DNA of 64,000 bases from an uncultured delta proteobacterium (GTDB lineage: Bacteria > Desulfobacterota > Desulfobacteria > Desulfobacterales > JAFDCJ01), in assembly GCA_963769935.1 (NCBI GenBank), contig CAVYNY010000034.1:79006-143005 (forward strand). The letters run 5' to 3'. The notes beneath the pieces are model-generated. The model was not told where the DNA came from and made no database searches. It was given only the letters and a program-made list of their open reading frames with translations. The position numbers and the translations under genes are program-made. Shown piece by piece: positions 41,186 to 50,438 of this stretch. Within the stretch, counting starts at the first letter, position 1; each line of letters opens with the position of its first letter.

Positions 41186-41334
41186 TGCCACATTGTGGCA
41201 AATTTTTCATACAATATAGAATATTTTTTCACAATTCGGCAGGGCGCCATGTAACATAAACTGCATTAAGTGATTGTAATTAATATGATTTTAAAAAAAA
41301 TACGCCAAATAGAAGTAATTGCATGATTATTGCA
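41186..41334 (+). promoter_or_regulatory. Upstream palindrome, AT-rich tract and non-canonical sigma-54-like box
   Basis: tgccacattgtggca (41186-41200); TTGCAT-GATTA-TTGC (41319-41333) has RpoN spacing but TG in place of GG. Confidence 0.4.
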
Positions 41335-41344
41335 AGCCTTATTA

Positions 41345-41602
41345 GTCGTCCAACAGTCATTTGATCAAATGCAAATATACCTGAGCATGATGCCTTCAGG
41401 AATATTTTGGAAGTTTCCCCGGAAAGGAAATTCTGAAAGTTCTCAAAGTCGCTCCCGGAAAGAGTCTACTTTGGGAGTTTCTGAAGTGAGGATTTGAATT
41501 TTTACACCGAAGATTCAAAGACCGATGATAGGGGGTGGTGGCCCCGTTGCGGAAAGTGCTTGGAAATTCAGGGAAGGTCAGTCAATGTTTGACTGACCTC
41601 TC
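41345..41602 (+). ncRNA. Candidate multi-hairpin non-coding RNA, GGA-rich
   Basis: Five consecutive hairpins plus terminal 11-bp stem aggtcagtcaa-tgt-ttgactgacct (41575-41599); lies between convergent genes; no listed ORF. Confidence 0.6.
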
Positions 41603-41720
41603 ATTATCAGTGAATCTTTTCCTTAGACCCTGTGCCATGCGCCCTGAGCCTTGTGCCCATCTGAGATCGGCAAAGGCATTGGGAGCGGCAAAAACTATTT
41701 AAAGTCGGCATACTTACGAT

Positions 41721-43746
41721 CTACTTGGTAAACTCCGCTTTTCTTCTTTGCAGAAAAGCGGAGATTCCTTCCTTAGCTGCGTCGGTGCAGGCGATTTCGC
41801 CAAATCCCCGGTAGCCGACCTCAAGCGCTTCAGCCAGATTTTCCGTGGCGACTGCCTTTTGGATGGTGCGGGCCGTGATGGCAACGGCTTCCTTGCTTAA
41901 CAGCTGCCTGCCTGCCATGGGCGCATCGGTGATGCTTATTTCAGGAATGTCCACCTTGCCGCCCGGAATGCCGGTAACCTTGCCCTGTAACTTGTCGATC
42001 TCTTCGATGGCGGCCTGAAACAGGCGCTGATGATTATCCGCCAGTTCGGCCACCATGCCGATTTCGGCCGCCTCCCCGGCGGTCAGCGGCTTGCCGAAAC
42101 AGATCATGTCATGAAACAACGCTGCGCCCCGCGGCCATTTGCGATAGGGCACCACACATCCGCCGATGCCCGGCAAAATACCGAGCGTGATTTCGGGAAA
42201 TTGCAGAATTGCATTTTCCATGGCCACGATGCTGTGACAGCGGATGGCAACTTCCAGACCACCGCCCATGGCCAATCCATTGAGAGCGGCCACTACCGGT
42301 TTATCCATTTGATCCATAAACACCTGAACTTTGGCGCAGTCCCGGGCATACTGGGCCGAGGCTGCGGGGTCACCCAGCAGCGAGGGAAATTTGCCGATAT
42401 CCGCCCCGGCTGAAAATGCGGCTGTGCCGTAGCCGGTAATGACAAATCCCTTCACTGCGGGATCATCGGCATACAGCTTTAAGACGCCCAGAATTTCATC
42501 GGTCACTTCATCATTGAGGGCATTCATGGCCTGGGGCCGCCGGATGGTGATGATTTTAACGCCTTCCCAATCATCGACCAGGATAAAGCGCCTAAAATCC
42601 TGGTAGGCGGCAAAGGCCTGTTTGGCCACCGGAAAACCCGGACGGTCTTTCTCAAATCTTTGCATGATGCGATTGACTTCTGCTTCACCCAGCCGCCGCA
42701 TGAGATCCAGCGGGCCATTTTTGAATCCCAGGGCGACCTGGCAGCCGAAGTTCAGGTCTTCCCGGGTGCCGATGCCGCGATCGATAATGTCAAATGACTG
42801 GGAAAACAGGATGCCCAAAAGCCGGTCGCGAACCGTGTTTTTGAGCTCCTCGCTGACTTTAACGGGGCTTCCCGGGCGCGGCGTAAGCCAGCGATCCACC
42901 GAGGACAAAATGGGCGCGGGTTTATAATGAACGCCTTCTTCCATCTGAAGGCTGTTGGTTTCGATGATGATGGGATTGCCGTTGGCCATATTCAAAACAA
43001 AGAACGGGCCGGCAAAGACAAACTCCTCGCGCCGTTTTATCGATTTGGCCGGCGGTGGCTCGGTCCAGCAGATAAGCGGATTCATTGCACCAGTTGTCAA
43101 ATATGCGGTCCAGAACAAAGCAGATGGCGTTGCCGGTGATGATGGGGGCTTTGCCGGTCTTGGCGAAAAACCAGAACAGATAATCCAGCACTTCCCGGCT
43201 GCCGCCTTTCCAGGAGATTACTTCAACCGGAAGACTGCGCCAGGCGGGTGCAAAAAAGTGGGTAATGGAGGTCCGCTCGGGTGTGTCCATTTTCGAAAAT
43301 ATCCGGTCGGCCGGAATCGAGCTGGTATTGGAAGTGAGAATGGCGTCCTCGCCGACGATTTTTTCCACCATACCGAATATCTTCTGTTTGAGTGGAATGT
43401 CTTCGGTGGCGGCTTCGATGACCAGTTGGCAGTTCTTGATCTGCTCATAGTCCGTGGTGTAGACGATGTTTTCCCGGACGACGGCGGCTTTTTCCGGTTT
43501 CATTTTTTTACGTTCAACGGCCTTTTGGGTGTATCCGATAATACGCTGTTCAGCTCTTTTTAAAGGTTCTTCAACGACATCTACCAGAAACAGCCGGCAG
43601 CCCGGCATGGCGCTTTTCAAATAATAGGCGATATCCGGTCCGATGGTTCCGGCGCCGATGACGGCAACTTCGTCCGGCAAAGGACGAGCGGGTTGGAGGA
43701 GCAGAGGATTAAATGCTGAGCGGTAGAGATTATTTTCAGTCGTCAT
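41721..43746 (-). CDS. 3-hydroxyacyl-CoA dehydrogenase / enoyl-CoA hydratase fusion; apparent +1 frameshift near 43030
   Basis: VIGAGTIG, IEAATE, SNTSS, THFF; then RPQAMNAL, FSAGADI, GGGLE, FPEITLG. Confidence 0.9.
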
Positions 43747-43816
43747 TGTACTGATCCTTTCTTGCCAAGAGAGTGATTTGATGCCAGCGGATTTGGAAGA
43801 AAAACAGCGATTATTT

Positions 43817-43859
43817 TCTTGACTAAGCAATGTATACAGTATACACAATGAAGTCAAGA
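43817..43859. promoter_or_regulatory. Divergent promoter region with a palindromic operator (GntR/FadR-like)
   Basis: tcttgact...tgtatac-a-gtataca (43831-43845)...agtcaaga; minus strand TTGACT-17-TACATT. Confidence 0.65.
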
Positions 43860-43974
43860 CAATTAATGAATGCCTTTCATATCTTTAAGTAGCCAATATT
43901 ACAGTAGTTTAAGATTAAGGGAATCTTAAGTTGCTGCCGTCGTTGACCGCCAACCAAACAGCAAGGAGGGTGCC

Positions 43975-45354
43975 ATGGAAACCAAGAAAGTTTTATTGAC
44001 CGAAGATGAGATGCCACGCCAATGGTACAATGTGCTCGCAGACATCAAAATGAATCCGCCGCTGGGTCCGGATGGAAACCCGATAAGCCCTGATATGCTG
44101 GCCCCGGTTTTCCCGATGAACCTGATCGAGCAGGAAGTCAGCTCCGAAAGATGGATCGATATTCCGGAGGAAATTCAAAGAGTATTGAGAATTTGGCGCC
44201 CCTCTCCGCTGGTACGAGCTTACCAATTGGAAAAGGCCCTGGATACGCCCGCCAGAATTTACTATAAGTATGAAGGCGTCAGTCCTCCCGGCAGCCATAA
44301 ACCCAATACGGCCGTAGCCCAGGCCTATTACAACAAAGAGTTCGGCATCAAGCGCCTCACGACTGAAACCGGTGCCGGTCAATGGGGCAGCGCCCTGGCT
44401 TTTGCCTGTTCGCAATTCGGGCTCGAATGCAAGGTGTTTATGGTCCGGATCAGCTTCGACCAGAAACCCTACCGCAAGACGATGATGGCCACCTGGGGTG
44501 GCAAATGCATTGCCAGCCCCAGCACGGAAACCAAGGCCGGCCGCCAGATTCTGGAACAGTATCCGGATACACCCGGCAGCCTCGGCATTGCCATCAGTGA
44601 AGCCATCGAGGCGGCGGTTACCGACGAGTCCGGTCAGACCCGCTACTCTCTGGGCAGTGTGCTCAACCATGTCATGCTGCACCAGACGGTCATCGGCCTG
44701 GAAGCCAAAAAACAGATGGAAAAAATCGGCGAGTATCCGGATGTGGTTGATCGGCTGCGCCGGCGGCGGCAGCAATTTTGCCGGACTGGCTTTCCCGTTT
44801 GTCTATGACAAGATCAACGGCAAAAACATCGATATTTATCCGGTTGAGCCCGCGGCCTGCCCGACAATGACCCGGGCTCCGTTTGCCTATGACCACGGCG
44901 ATACCGATCGGAATGACACCCCTGTTGCCGATGCACAGTCTCGGCCACACTTTTGTGCCGTCCGCCCATGCATGCCGGCGGGCTGCGCTATCACGGCATG
45001 GCGCCCACGGTCAGCCAGCTGATCGATGAAGGCATCATGGAACCCAAAGCATATAATCAGCTCGATACCTATAAGGCCGGATTGCTGGTCGCCAGAACCG
45101 AAGGCTTCATCTCCGCGCCGGAAACCAACCACGCCCTGGCCTGCGTGATCGATCTGGCCCGAAAGGCCAAGGAAGAAGGCAAGCAGAAAGTCATTCTATT
45201 TAACTGGAGCGGTCATGGGTTGATCGACCTCGGTGCCTACGAACAGTTCCTGGCCGGCAATCTCAGCGATTATGAATATCCGGCCGAGGAGATTCAGGAG
45301 GCGGAAAAGATTCTCGAACAATATCCCAAACCGCAGCATATCAAAAGCCGTTAA
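43975..45354 (+). CDS. trpB2: TrpB2 (tryptophan synthase beta-like) PLP enzyme; three apparent +1 frameshifts near 44748, 44907 and 44960
   Basis: [70 protein letters not shown]. Confidence 0.92.
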
Positions 45355-45513
45355 GATAACCTGAGTATGTAAAATTCGTAGCATCCGGTAAAATTGCTGT
45401 TCCTGAGTTGTCGCATGCAATCAAACGGCTGGAAAACTGGAAGGCCGGAATGCTGGAATGCTATAAGACTTTAGTATACATATCTTGATAATAATTTGCG
45501 TATTTGGTTCGGT

Positions 45514-45777
45514 ATGAAATCAACCTCAGAAAAGCTGGTACGGCGTTGCCCGCGACTGGGCAACCCCGTACCATTTAATTATTGTAAAATCTGCGGTGAC
45601 CGGCAGCAGCCCTGTTTTAAAATTCTTGACTGCTGGTGGGAGCACTTTGATGTGGTGCAGTACCTGAAAGACCATCTGCCTGAAGCGCAGTTTAACCGAT
45701 TAATGGAGCGCGATCCAAAACCGAAGGTCAGCAGCCTGATTGAATTGATCGAGCAGGCGAAGAAACGCAGCGACTGA
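45514..45777 (+). CDS. Small Cys-rich hypothetical protein
   Basis: RRCPRLGNPVPFNYCKIC...PCFKILDCWWE...SLIELIEQAK. Confidence 0.7.
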   Translation: MKSTSEKLVRRCPRLGNPVPFNYCKICGDRQQPCFKILDCWWEHFDVVQYLKDHLPEAQFNRLMERDPKPKVSSLIELIEQAKKRSD

Positions 45778-45889
45778 GTGGCCTAGAGTTTACGAATAAG
45801 TAAGTTCACAGTCATGCTCTGCGGCCTGATCTTGAATATAACCTTCCGGGCTATTACAAAGTTTAGAAATTTTATTTAATGGGGGTACC

Positions 45890-47470
45890 ATGAAAGTTCT
45901 TGTCAGCGATAATCTCGGGGAAGTTGGAATCAAAATGTTTCAGGAAGAGCCGGGGATTGAAGCGGATGTCAAAACCGGATTGACGCCTGACGAGCTCAAA
46001 AAGATCATAGGCGAATATGAAGCCCTGGTTATTCGCAGTGCAACCAAGGTGACCGAGGACCTTCTCGAGGCGGCCGTAAAATTGAAAGTTGTCGGCCGGG
46101 CCGGTATCGGTCTGGACAATGTCGACATCCCGGCGGCAACCAAACGCGGTGTGATTGTGATGAACACCCCCACCGGCAACGTTGTCACCACCGCCGAGCA
46201 TGCCATCGCCATGATGATGTCCTTAACCCGCAACATTCCGTGGGGTACATCCTCTCTAAAGGCAGGCACATGGGAAAAGAAAAAGCTGCAGGGCAGAGAA
46301 GTGTTCAATAAAGTCCTGGGGGTTGTCGGGTTTGGAAAAATCGGATCGATCGTTGCCGATCGTGCCCGCGGCTTAAAGATGCAGGTCGTGGTGCATGATC
46401 CTTTTGTTGCACCCGAGCAGGTCGAAAAGGCCGGATTTGAAGCGGTCTCACTGGATGAGCTATACAGAAGGTCGGATTATATAACCGTGCATGTTCCCAA
46501 ACTGAAGGATACCACCGGATTGCTGAACAAAGCTGCTTTCGATAAGATGAAAGACGGCGTCATGATCATCAACTGTGCCCGCGGCGGCATCGTGGATGAA
46601 GCGGATTTAAATGAGGCCTTGCGCTCCGGCAGGGTGGCGGGTGCGGCCCTGGATGTTTTTGAAAATGAGCCGCCCGGTGTTTGCCCGCTTTTTGAAATCG
46701 ACCGCGTGATTTGTACACCGCATCTGGGTGCGTCCACGCTGGAGGCTCAGACCAATGTGGCGGTGCAGGTGGCAGAACAAATCATCGCCTATCTCAAAAA
46801 CGGCACCGTCATCAACGCGGTGAATGTGCCGGCGGTCAGCGGTGCTGTGCTCGAGAAGATATCGCCGCTGCTCACCCTGGCCGATCGCATGGGGTGTCTG
46901 TTGGCCCAGTTGTCGGCCGGTCCGATAAGGGAAGTCGTGATTGAATATGCCGGAGATTTCCAGGAGCTTGATCTTTCCCCGGTCACAACGGCGGTCTTAA
47001 AAGGGCTGTTGACCCCCATGGTCAAGGATACGGTAAATTTTGTCAATGCCGGAGTCCTGGCCAGGGACAGGGGAATCAAGGTCACGGAAACCACCTTGGC
47101 GGCGACCGAGGAATACATCAATCTGATTACCGTCAGGGCTATTGCGGATGAAGGGACGAGCAAGGTTGCCGGTACCATTTTCGGTCAAAAGGACCCGCGT
47201 GTGGTCAACATCAACAATTTTAGACTTGAGATGCACCCCCAGGGGCGATTTATTTTAATTCACAACCATGACCGGCCGGGGGCCATCGGCAGCATCGGAT
47301 CCCTGCTCGGAAATAACAAAATCAACATCAGCCGCATGCGGGTCGGGCAGGAACAGGGGGGTGATAAGACCATGATTTTTCTGCGCACCGACCAAATGAT
47401 ACCCGACGAAGTGATGGAAAAACTGCGTGCTCTGCCGCTTATAATAACGGTGACGTCGTTTGAGTTGTGA
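45890..47470 (+). CDS. serA: D-3-phosphoglycerate dehydrogenase (with ASB and ACT domains)
   Basis: IRSATKV, GRAGIGLDNVD, GFGKIG, NCARGG, TPHLGAST.EAQ, HDRPGAIG. Confidence 0.97.
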   Translation: MKVLVSDNLGEVGIKMFQEEPGIEADVKTGLTPDELKKIIGEYEALVIRSATKVTEDLLEAAVKLKVVGRAGIGLDNVDIPAATKRGVIVMNTPTGNVVTTAEHAIAMMMSLTRNIPWGTSSLKAGTWEKKKLQGREVFNKVLGVVGFGKIGSIVADRARGLKMQVVVHDPFVAPEQVEKAGFEAVSLDELYRRSDYITVHVPKLKDTTGLLNKAAFDKMKDGVMIINCARGGIVDEADLNEALRSGRVAGAALDVFENEPPGVCPLFEIDRVICTPHLGASTLEAQTNVAVQVAEQIIAYLKNGTVINAVNVPAVSGAVLEKISPLLTLADRMGCLLAQLSAGPIREVVIEYAGDFQELDLSPVTTAVLKGLLTPMVKDTVNFVNAGVLARDRGIKVTETTLAATEEYINLITVRAIADEGTSKVAGTIFGQKDPRVVNINNFRLEMHPQGRFILIHNHDRPGAIGSIGSLLGNNKINISRMRVGQEQGGDKTMIFLRTDQMIPDEVMEKLRALPLIITVTSFEL

Positions 47471-47473
47471 AAA

Positions 47474-47518
47474 GAAATGCCTAAAATGCCTAAAATGTCT
47501 AAAATGCCTGAAATTGCC
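47474..47518. repeat. 9-mer tandem repeat (AAATGCCTA)
   Basis: aaatgccta aaatgccta aaatgtcta aaatgcctg aaattgcc. Confidence 0.85.
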
Positions 47519-47521
47519 GGT

Positions 47522-47589
47522 GTAGGGTTGGCACTGCCCACCGTTAACAGCGGAGGTTGTTTATATTTTGTGGGCAATGCCCACCCTAC
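47522..47589. repeat. GTAG-type REP inverted doublet (REPIN-like)
   Basis: gtagggttggcactgcccacc ... gtgggcaatgcccaccctac. Confidence 0.8.
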
Positions 47590-47596
47590 GATACTC

Positions 47597-47690
47597 AACG
47601 ATCTCAACGATCCTAACGAACACAACGATCCAAACGAACCAAACGATCCAAACGAACCAAACGAACCAAACGATCCGAACGATCTAACGG
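47597..47690. repeat. 9-mer tandem repeat (AACGAWCCA, about 10 units)
   Basis: aacgatctc aacgatcct aacgaacac aacgatcca aacgaacca ... Confidence 0.9.
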
Positions 47691-47702
47691 AGGTAGAAAA
47701 TA

Positions 47703-49526
47703 GTGACAGAATATAGACTGCTGTTGGGCAACGAAGCGATCGCGCGGGGATTGGTGGAAAATGGTTGTGCAATCGCAACTTCCTATCCGGGCACCCCGGC
47801 TTCCGAGATTTTGGCGGCAGTGGCTTTTTTTCAGAAAGAAAATGATATTTCCATGCACACCCAGTGGGCCGTCAACGAGAAAATCGCATTTGAAATTGCA
47901 TATGCCGGCTGCCAGACCGGACTGCGGACGGCGGTCAGCATGAAGCAGGTCGGCCTGAATGTGGCTTCCGATCCCTTGATGAGCGCCGCTTATATGGGGG
48001 TCAAGGGCGGCTTTATCGTGGTCACGGCCGATGATCCCGGACCCATCTCCTCCCAAACCGAGCAGGACAGCCGGTTGATGGCCATGCTGGCCAGAATTCC
48101 GGTGCTGGATCCGGACACACCCCGTCAGGCCAAAGAGATGATCGGTCTGGCCTACGAGATCTCCGAAACCTACAAAACACCGGTCATGCTGCGGCCCACC
48201 ACCCGGGTTTGCCACTCCCGCCAGGATGTGGCCCTGGAAAAAATTCCGCCCAATGACCGGGAAGTTAAATTCGAAAAAGATCCCAGCCGCTGGGCGGCAA
48301 CCCCGCGCTATCGTTTCCATCTGCACACGGAGGTGGAAGAAAAGCTGGCGGCCATTGCCCGGCACAAAGCCACCCGACCGCTGCGCCTCAATCCCAATGC
48401 AAAATCTGCCAGAGCCATTATATCTTCCGGTGTTGCAGCCGCCCACACCAAAGAAATTTTAAAAGAGCTGAAACTGTGGCAGCAAATTCCCTTTTACCAG
48501 GTGCTGCAGCCCTTTCCCCTGCACAGCGAATTCATAACCCACTGGCTTGAAACCTACGAGGAGATCCTGGTTATCGAGGAGCCCATGGCGGTGATTGAAA
48601 TGCAGCTGGCCGACCGACACCGCGTCAAAGGCAAAATGAACAATACCGTTCCCGCCGTCGGCGAGCTTTATCCCGAAAACATTCAGGAAATTATCTGCAA
48701 ATTCAGCGGCATTGAAGCGGAAAAATTGGAAATACCGTTTGCCGGGGGGCGGCGGCCAACGCTGTGTGCCGGTTGTCCGCACCGGGCCAGTTTTTTTGCC
48801 ATCAAAAAAGCAGCGCCCCGGGGTATCTATACCAGCGATATCGGCTGCTATACCCTGGGCTTGAATTTAGGTGCGGTAGACACGGTGCTTTGCATGGGAG
48901 CGGCCATCAGCCAGGCTGCCGGTTTCTACCATGCCCATAAAAACGAGGCGAAGCGGCCGGACATTGTCGCCACCATCGGAGATTCAACTTTTTTTCACGC
49001 CGGGGTGCCGGCTCTGATCGATGCGGTGGTCCAGAATGTGAAATTTGTGCTGGTAATTCTTGACAACCGCACCACGGCTATGACCGGCAGCCAGCCCCCG
49101 CCGACCTCAGGTATCGGCGCCTGCGGTGAATCTCTGCAGGCCGTGGACATCGAAGCTCTGGTGCGCGGCTGCGGGGTTAAATTCTGTAAGGTAGGCAACC
49201 CCTATCAAGTCAAAGATTTCATGGGCCTGATGAAAGAAGCCGTCAAATACAGCCGCGAAACAGGACCGGCGGTGGTGATATCCCGGTATCCCTGCGTTAT
49301 CGATCTGACGCGCAAAGGGGAGTCCGCTGAGTCCCTACCCATCGAAATCACCGAAGATTGCGACGGCTGCGGATACTGCATCAAGCACTTTGAATGCCCG
49401 GCGCTGATTTACCATGATGAAAACGAGGATAAAAAATATACGACCGTCGATCCGCTTTTATGTATCGGCTGCGGTGTTTGTTTGAATGTCTGCCCCAAAG
49501 GGGCGATACAGGTAAAGAAGGACTGA
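47703..49526 (+). CDS. iorA: Indolepyruvate:ferredoxin oxidoreductase alpha subunit
   Basis: LLGNEAIARG, YPGTPASEI, NEKIAFE, MKQVGLNVASD, LCAGCPHR, DIGCY, GDSTFFH, C-terminal 2x[4Fe-4S]. Confidence 0.95.
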   Translation: MTEYRLLLGNEAIARGLVENGCAIATSYPGTPASEILAAVAFFQKENDISMHTQWAVNEKIAFEIAYAGCQTGLRTAVSMKQVGLNVASDPLMSAAYMGVKGGFIVVTADDPGPISSQTEQDSRLMAMLARIPVLDPDTPRQAKEMIGLAYEISETYKTPVMLRPTTRVCHSRQDVALEKIPPNDREVKFEKDPSRWAATPRYRFHLHTEVEEKLAAIARHKATRPLRLNPNAKSARAIISSGVAAAHTKEILKELKLWQQIPFYQVLQPFPLHSEFITHWLETYEEILVIEEPMAVIEMQLADRHRVKGKMNNTVPAVGELYPENIQEIICKFSGIEAEKLEIPFAGGRRPTLCAGCPHRASFFAIKKAAPRGIYTSDIGCYTLGLNLGAVDTVLCMGAAISQAAGFYHAHKNEAKRPDIVATIGDSTFFHAGVPALIDAVVQNVKFVLVILDNRTTAMTGSQPPPTSGIGACGESLQAVDIEALVRGCGVKFCKVGNPYQVKDFMGLMKEAVKYSRETGPAVVISRYPCVIDLTRKGESAESLPIEITEDCDGCGYCIKHFECPALIYHDENEDKKYTTVDPLLCIGCGVCLNVCPKGAIQVKKD

Positions 49527-49700
49527 GTACTGAGTAATGAGGACTGCGGCGCCAGGCGTAAGGCTAAAGGCCAAAGGTAAAAGGTGAAAGGATAAAGGAG
49601 TGGACCTTCGGTCCTTGAAAAGCGTTACCTTAATTTTAGGCATTCTTGTCCGCCAGCTCTTAGGTGGATTGGGCAATTTAGATAACTTTAGGCATTCTTT
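49527..49700. repeat. Heptamer and 9-mer repeats between iorA and iorB
   Basis: actgagt actgagt aatgagg; aaggcta aaggcca aaggtaa aaggtga aaggata; ttttaggcatt / tttaggcatt (reverse complement of the 47474 unit). Confidence 0.7.
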
Positions 49701-49796
49701 TATAATTCCCTGTCAGTCTGCAATTGCAAGGTGCTGAAGCAAAGATAAATGTGACAAAGTAGAACGAATTACCAATAACCAACAGGCGGAGATTTC

Positions 49797-50357
49797 ATGG
49801 CTAAGCAAATTAGGCAGCAACTCATTATCAGCGGTGTCGGCGGGCAGGGAGTTTTGTTTGTGACGCGACTGCTGGCAGAGGCGGCCATCAACAAAGGATT
49901 GCCGGTTTTTACATCTGAAACCCACGGCATGGCCCAAAGGGGAGGGACGGTACTTTCCCATTTTAAGGTCGGGGATTTTTCAAGCCCCCTGATTCGGCCT
50001 AAGCAGGCCGACGGGCTGCTGGTTCTCAAGGCTGAAAACCTGACCGCACATAAGAGCTTTCTTAAAGCAAACGGCTGGGCGGTTGCCAATGGCGATAATG
50101 TGAGCCAGGCCGTAACGGAAATAGCGGTTAATTCGATTGATGCGGACTCTCTGGCCCAGAAGATCGGCAACCCGAAGGCCGTAAATCTGATCATCCTCGG
50201 CTATGCACTGGCAAAGGCTGAGAAATCCGGGACCCGGCAAAATCCATTGTTTTGCACCCTATCCGATATCAAATCGGTTTTAAAAGACCGGTTCGGGAAA
50301 AACAAAAAAATGCTGGAAGCATCCCTGAAAGCGCTGGATGAGGGATATAAGGCATAG
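49797..50357 (+). CDS. iorB: Indolepyruvate:ferredoxin oxidoreductase beta subunit
   Basis: ISGVGGQGV, SETHGMAQRGGTV, NLIILG. Confidence 0.93.
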   Translation: MAKQIRQQLIISGVGGQGVLFVTRLLAEAAINKGLPVFTSETHGMAQRGGTVLSHFKVGDFSSPLIRPKQADGLLVLKAENLTAHKSFLKANGWAVANGDNVSQAVTEIAVNSIDADSLAQKIGNPKAVNLIILGYALAKAEKSGTRQNPLFCTLSDIKSVLKDRFGKNKKMLEASLKALDEGYKA

Positions 50358-50438
50358 CTCGAGAGGTTGCCGGGAAGAAGTGGCCTCTGAAAAGCATCAA
50401 TCCAGAGGATATACGTCTTGTAATTTTATCTGTCCGAC

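Noticed and set aside
44740..44970. Programmed frameshifting or phase variation in trpB2 and other split genes
   Set aside because: No slippery heptamers or long homopolymers at the sites; three shifts in about 220 bp point to sequencing error.
47474..47690. Possible CRISPR array among the repeat tracts
   Set aside because: Units are 7-9 bp in tandem without unique spacers; no cas genes in the window.
47260..47778. ORFs 47477..47716 (+) and 47260..47778 (-) with NDP/NEP or FGS repeats
   Set aside because: Translations of 9-mer DNA repeats and a REP doublet; open only because the period is a multiple of 3.
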